From Macrostomum lignano (taxonomy: Eukaryota), in contig NIVC01000301.1 in the NCBI GenBank assembly GCA_002269645.1, forward strand, positions 62,001 to 126,000: a stretch of 64,000 nucleotides of DNA. Direction: 5' to 3'. The position numbers were made by a program, and so were the translations under genes. The notes beneath the pieces are model-generated. The model saw nothing but the letters and a program-made list of their open reading frames with translations. It had not been told where the DNA came from and searched no databases. Each line of letters opens with the position of its first letter. Positions within the stretch are counted from its first letter, which is position 1. Positions 61,803-64,000 of this stretch are shown here, piece after piece.

Positions 61803-64000
61803 GTGTCCGCAGGCATACAAAAACTGGTTTGAACTAACACACAAGCCCCTTTTTTAGCATACCTTTTTTAGCGGACATTTGACATTTGAGGATTTACTTA
61901 TTGAGGTTCGAATCTCAGCTATCTTTTCTGAAGCTTTGGTGTCACCCCAACTCCTTTTGAGCTTTGACATCGCATAGACCAAAATTCCATGCACTCACTT
62001 TACTCTCTGGTCCTAACAAGGGCCAAGCCCAAGGCACGGTAGAAGCTGCGCGCATGTCTTACAAAGACGAGGAAGTCAGAGCCTCTGTGCTTACCTGTGC
62101 TCTCGAGGATCTTGCTCAGGAGAGGCGTCGGGGTGTGGTTAGCATTGACATCCCAGTCTCGCATGAATGAAAGAAGCCTCTTCTCGACGTCAAAAGTCAC
62201 TATTGCTATCAATCTTGCGTACCTTCCCAGTAAAGTTTCCTAAGGGAAAGCATTAATTATCTCTTGCACTTTCCAGATACGCCAGCTGTGAAATTGAGCA
62301 CCTCCGGCTGCAATCAGAGCAGCGAGTTCTCGAGCTCGTCTAACTGCACCAAAGCCATCGACTGAGTGGCGTCGCCGGCTCTCAGCGCCTACAGCAGAAC
62401 AAATTCCGGCCCTAGCTGGTGATGCGGGGCTGATTTGAGCCCTGCATCTCTGCACCAGCGATCTCAATGCGTTCTCCCTGTCAGTGGACGGAGTCACATC
62501 GGTGCCGTTCTCTGTGACCAATTTCAGCTGCAATGCCTTCAGCGGCAGATCAATAATAGTGAATTTGCAGGCTGGCAAAATTGAACCTAATCATAAGCGA
62601 GTTCGAAATTTATGGCTATTGATAGCAGCTGCTAACGCAAGGACAACAATGAGGAACTCGAAGATCTTCTACGCAATTGTAAACGACCTGCAACCTGAAG
62701 ACTGAATTTATTTTCAGCATCTTCACCAGCAATACGTTCAACATACATTTGGTGTTAAAAAGCTGGAAAATATTTTTCTCGTAATTAAAAACCTAATGCT
62801 TGACTTTCAATTGTTCACTTTCAAGTGTTCCAAGATTAAAAACGAAGATTCATCAAGATCTATAAATCTGGGTTCGAGTTCTGGATTATCTGGAGCCACT
62901 TGACAAATTTCAAATGAAATGAGAAAATCTGTTTTTTAGCCACTAATCTCTCTACAAGTGTATTTTGCGACTATAAACTCTTAAATATAGGATTCAATAC
63001 TTGGTTTTGAGTAGTCTTGTAACACGATATATATTTCTCGTGCATTAAATGACTCCAGCCAATAGGCGATCACGAGCCATTTAAGCACGCTTTTAGCGTT
63101 TAATGCACGCTTTTACACATTTATATCGTGTTATAATTTTCTATCTTAGAATTGCGCCAGAGTTTCACTATTCTAGAACATTCTGTAATTCTTTTTAGGG
63201 AATTATGCGGAGTTATTTACGTTTAGAGGTCAATCTGCCCGGACGGATTCTGATTTACGATCACTCAGCCAACCTGAGTCCAGCTAGTCATCTCGGGCTC
63301 GTCAAATCAGAAAATTTGAGGAGAGTTATTATAAACTGGCTGTCATAAATCTACGAGTATTTATAGCGGCCGCTCGGCTCGCCTCCCTCACAAAACGTTC
63401 TTCCTCCACGTACGTCCCCCCGGATCAAAAACATCTGAGATCAGCGAGTACAGCAGTCGTCAAATACGAGCTAAGAGCAGCAGCAGCATCCATAAAATTA
63501 TCCATGGCGACACCCCTGAGCATCAGTATCCTGTTTGGATATCTCAGTCACTGTGGACTTCCTGGTTACGGGCAGCTTGACCCTGATTGGTTGGGCGAGA
63601 GGCCTCCTTTGACTTGCTCTATTGGGTGCACATCTTGACTAACTCCTTTTCCGGTAGCTGGATTGGATTTGCACTTTTACTTATTTGTTTATATGGAGTT
63701 CAGTAGCTTTGGGACATTGACGCTATTTTTTGAGAATTTGATAGAACTTCTAATGAATGAAATAAAAAGCTACTCAATCAAACTAAGAATGGTGCATTCA
63801 CTGCAGAGACTACTGACAAAATTGAGTTCAGTAGTTGATTTTCGCGCTGTCGCGAATAGCAAAATTTTCGCAGTTTTTATGGCCACATAGGTAGTTAATG
63901 AGTGGCCCATCTTGTGTATATATGATCTTTGCTGTGACCTGAGAAAGCCAATTTCTGTTTCGCAATGCTGACCAAGATATCGAGTGGCTTATTCACTGAG

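Noticed and set aside
62240-62578. 112-aa - strand ORF with protein-like composition (also 7138-7404 and 3871-4350)
   Set aside because: No recognisable domain and no consistent splice partners; left unannotated.

Overview
Animal (metazoan) genomic DNA. GC-rich, intron-poor genes, minisatellite-filled introns and a Pro-Ala nAChR point to a free-living flatworm such as Macrostomum; this is inference, not proof. Supported genes: an intronless globin with an N-terminal MGC acylation motif (-), a ZNF474-like C2HC zinc-finger protein, a 7-exon CNBD2-like cNMP-binding protein, a tandem TPMT-like pair (one intact, one broken and mosaic), UBAC1, a non-alpha nAChR-type subunit with the anion-selective Pro-Ala motif, a degenerate ALDH16A1-like protein, QSOX, and a probable orphan gene with a coding minisatellite. 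About 20 different 15-61 bp tandem arrays fill introns and intergenic gaps. Mobile DNA: a piggyBac relic, two fragments of LOA/R1-type non-LTR elements, a hAT-like element with a nested solo LTR, a mariner with a doubled 3' end, a Charlie-type MITE, and a 3.1 kb TTAA-flanked foldback element with about 1.34 kb near-identical arms, plus an orphan end of a diverged relative at 1.3-1.5 kb. Best leads: (1) the CAGTAG/TTAA foldback family; (2) RIP-like CpG/CpA-to-TpA hypermutation in the 27-34.6 kb transposon block; (3) splice acceptors 1-14 nt before the ATG of 7 of the 9 identified genes, suggesting spliced-leader trans-splicing; (4) the putative acetylcholine-gated chloride channel and the membrane-anchored globin. 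No rRNA, tRNA or CRISPR found.
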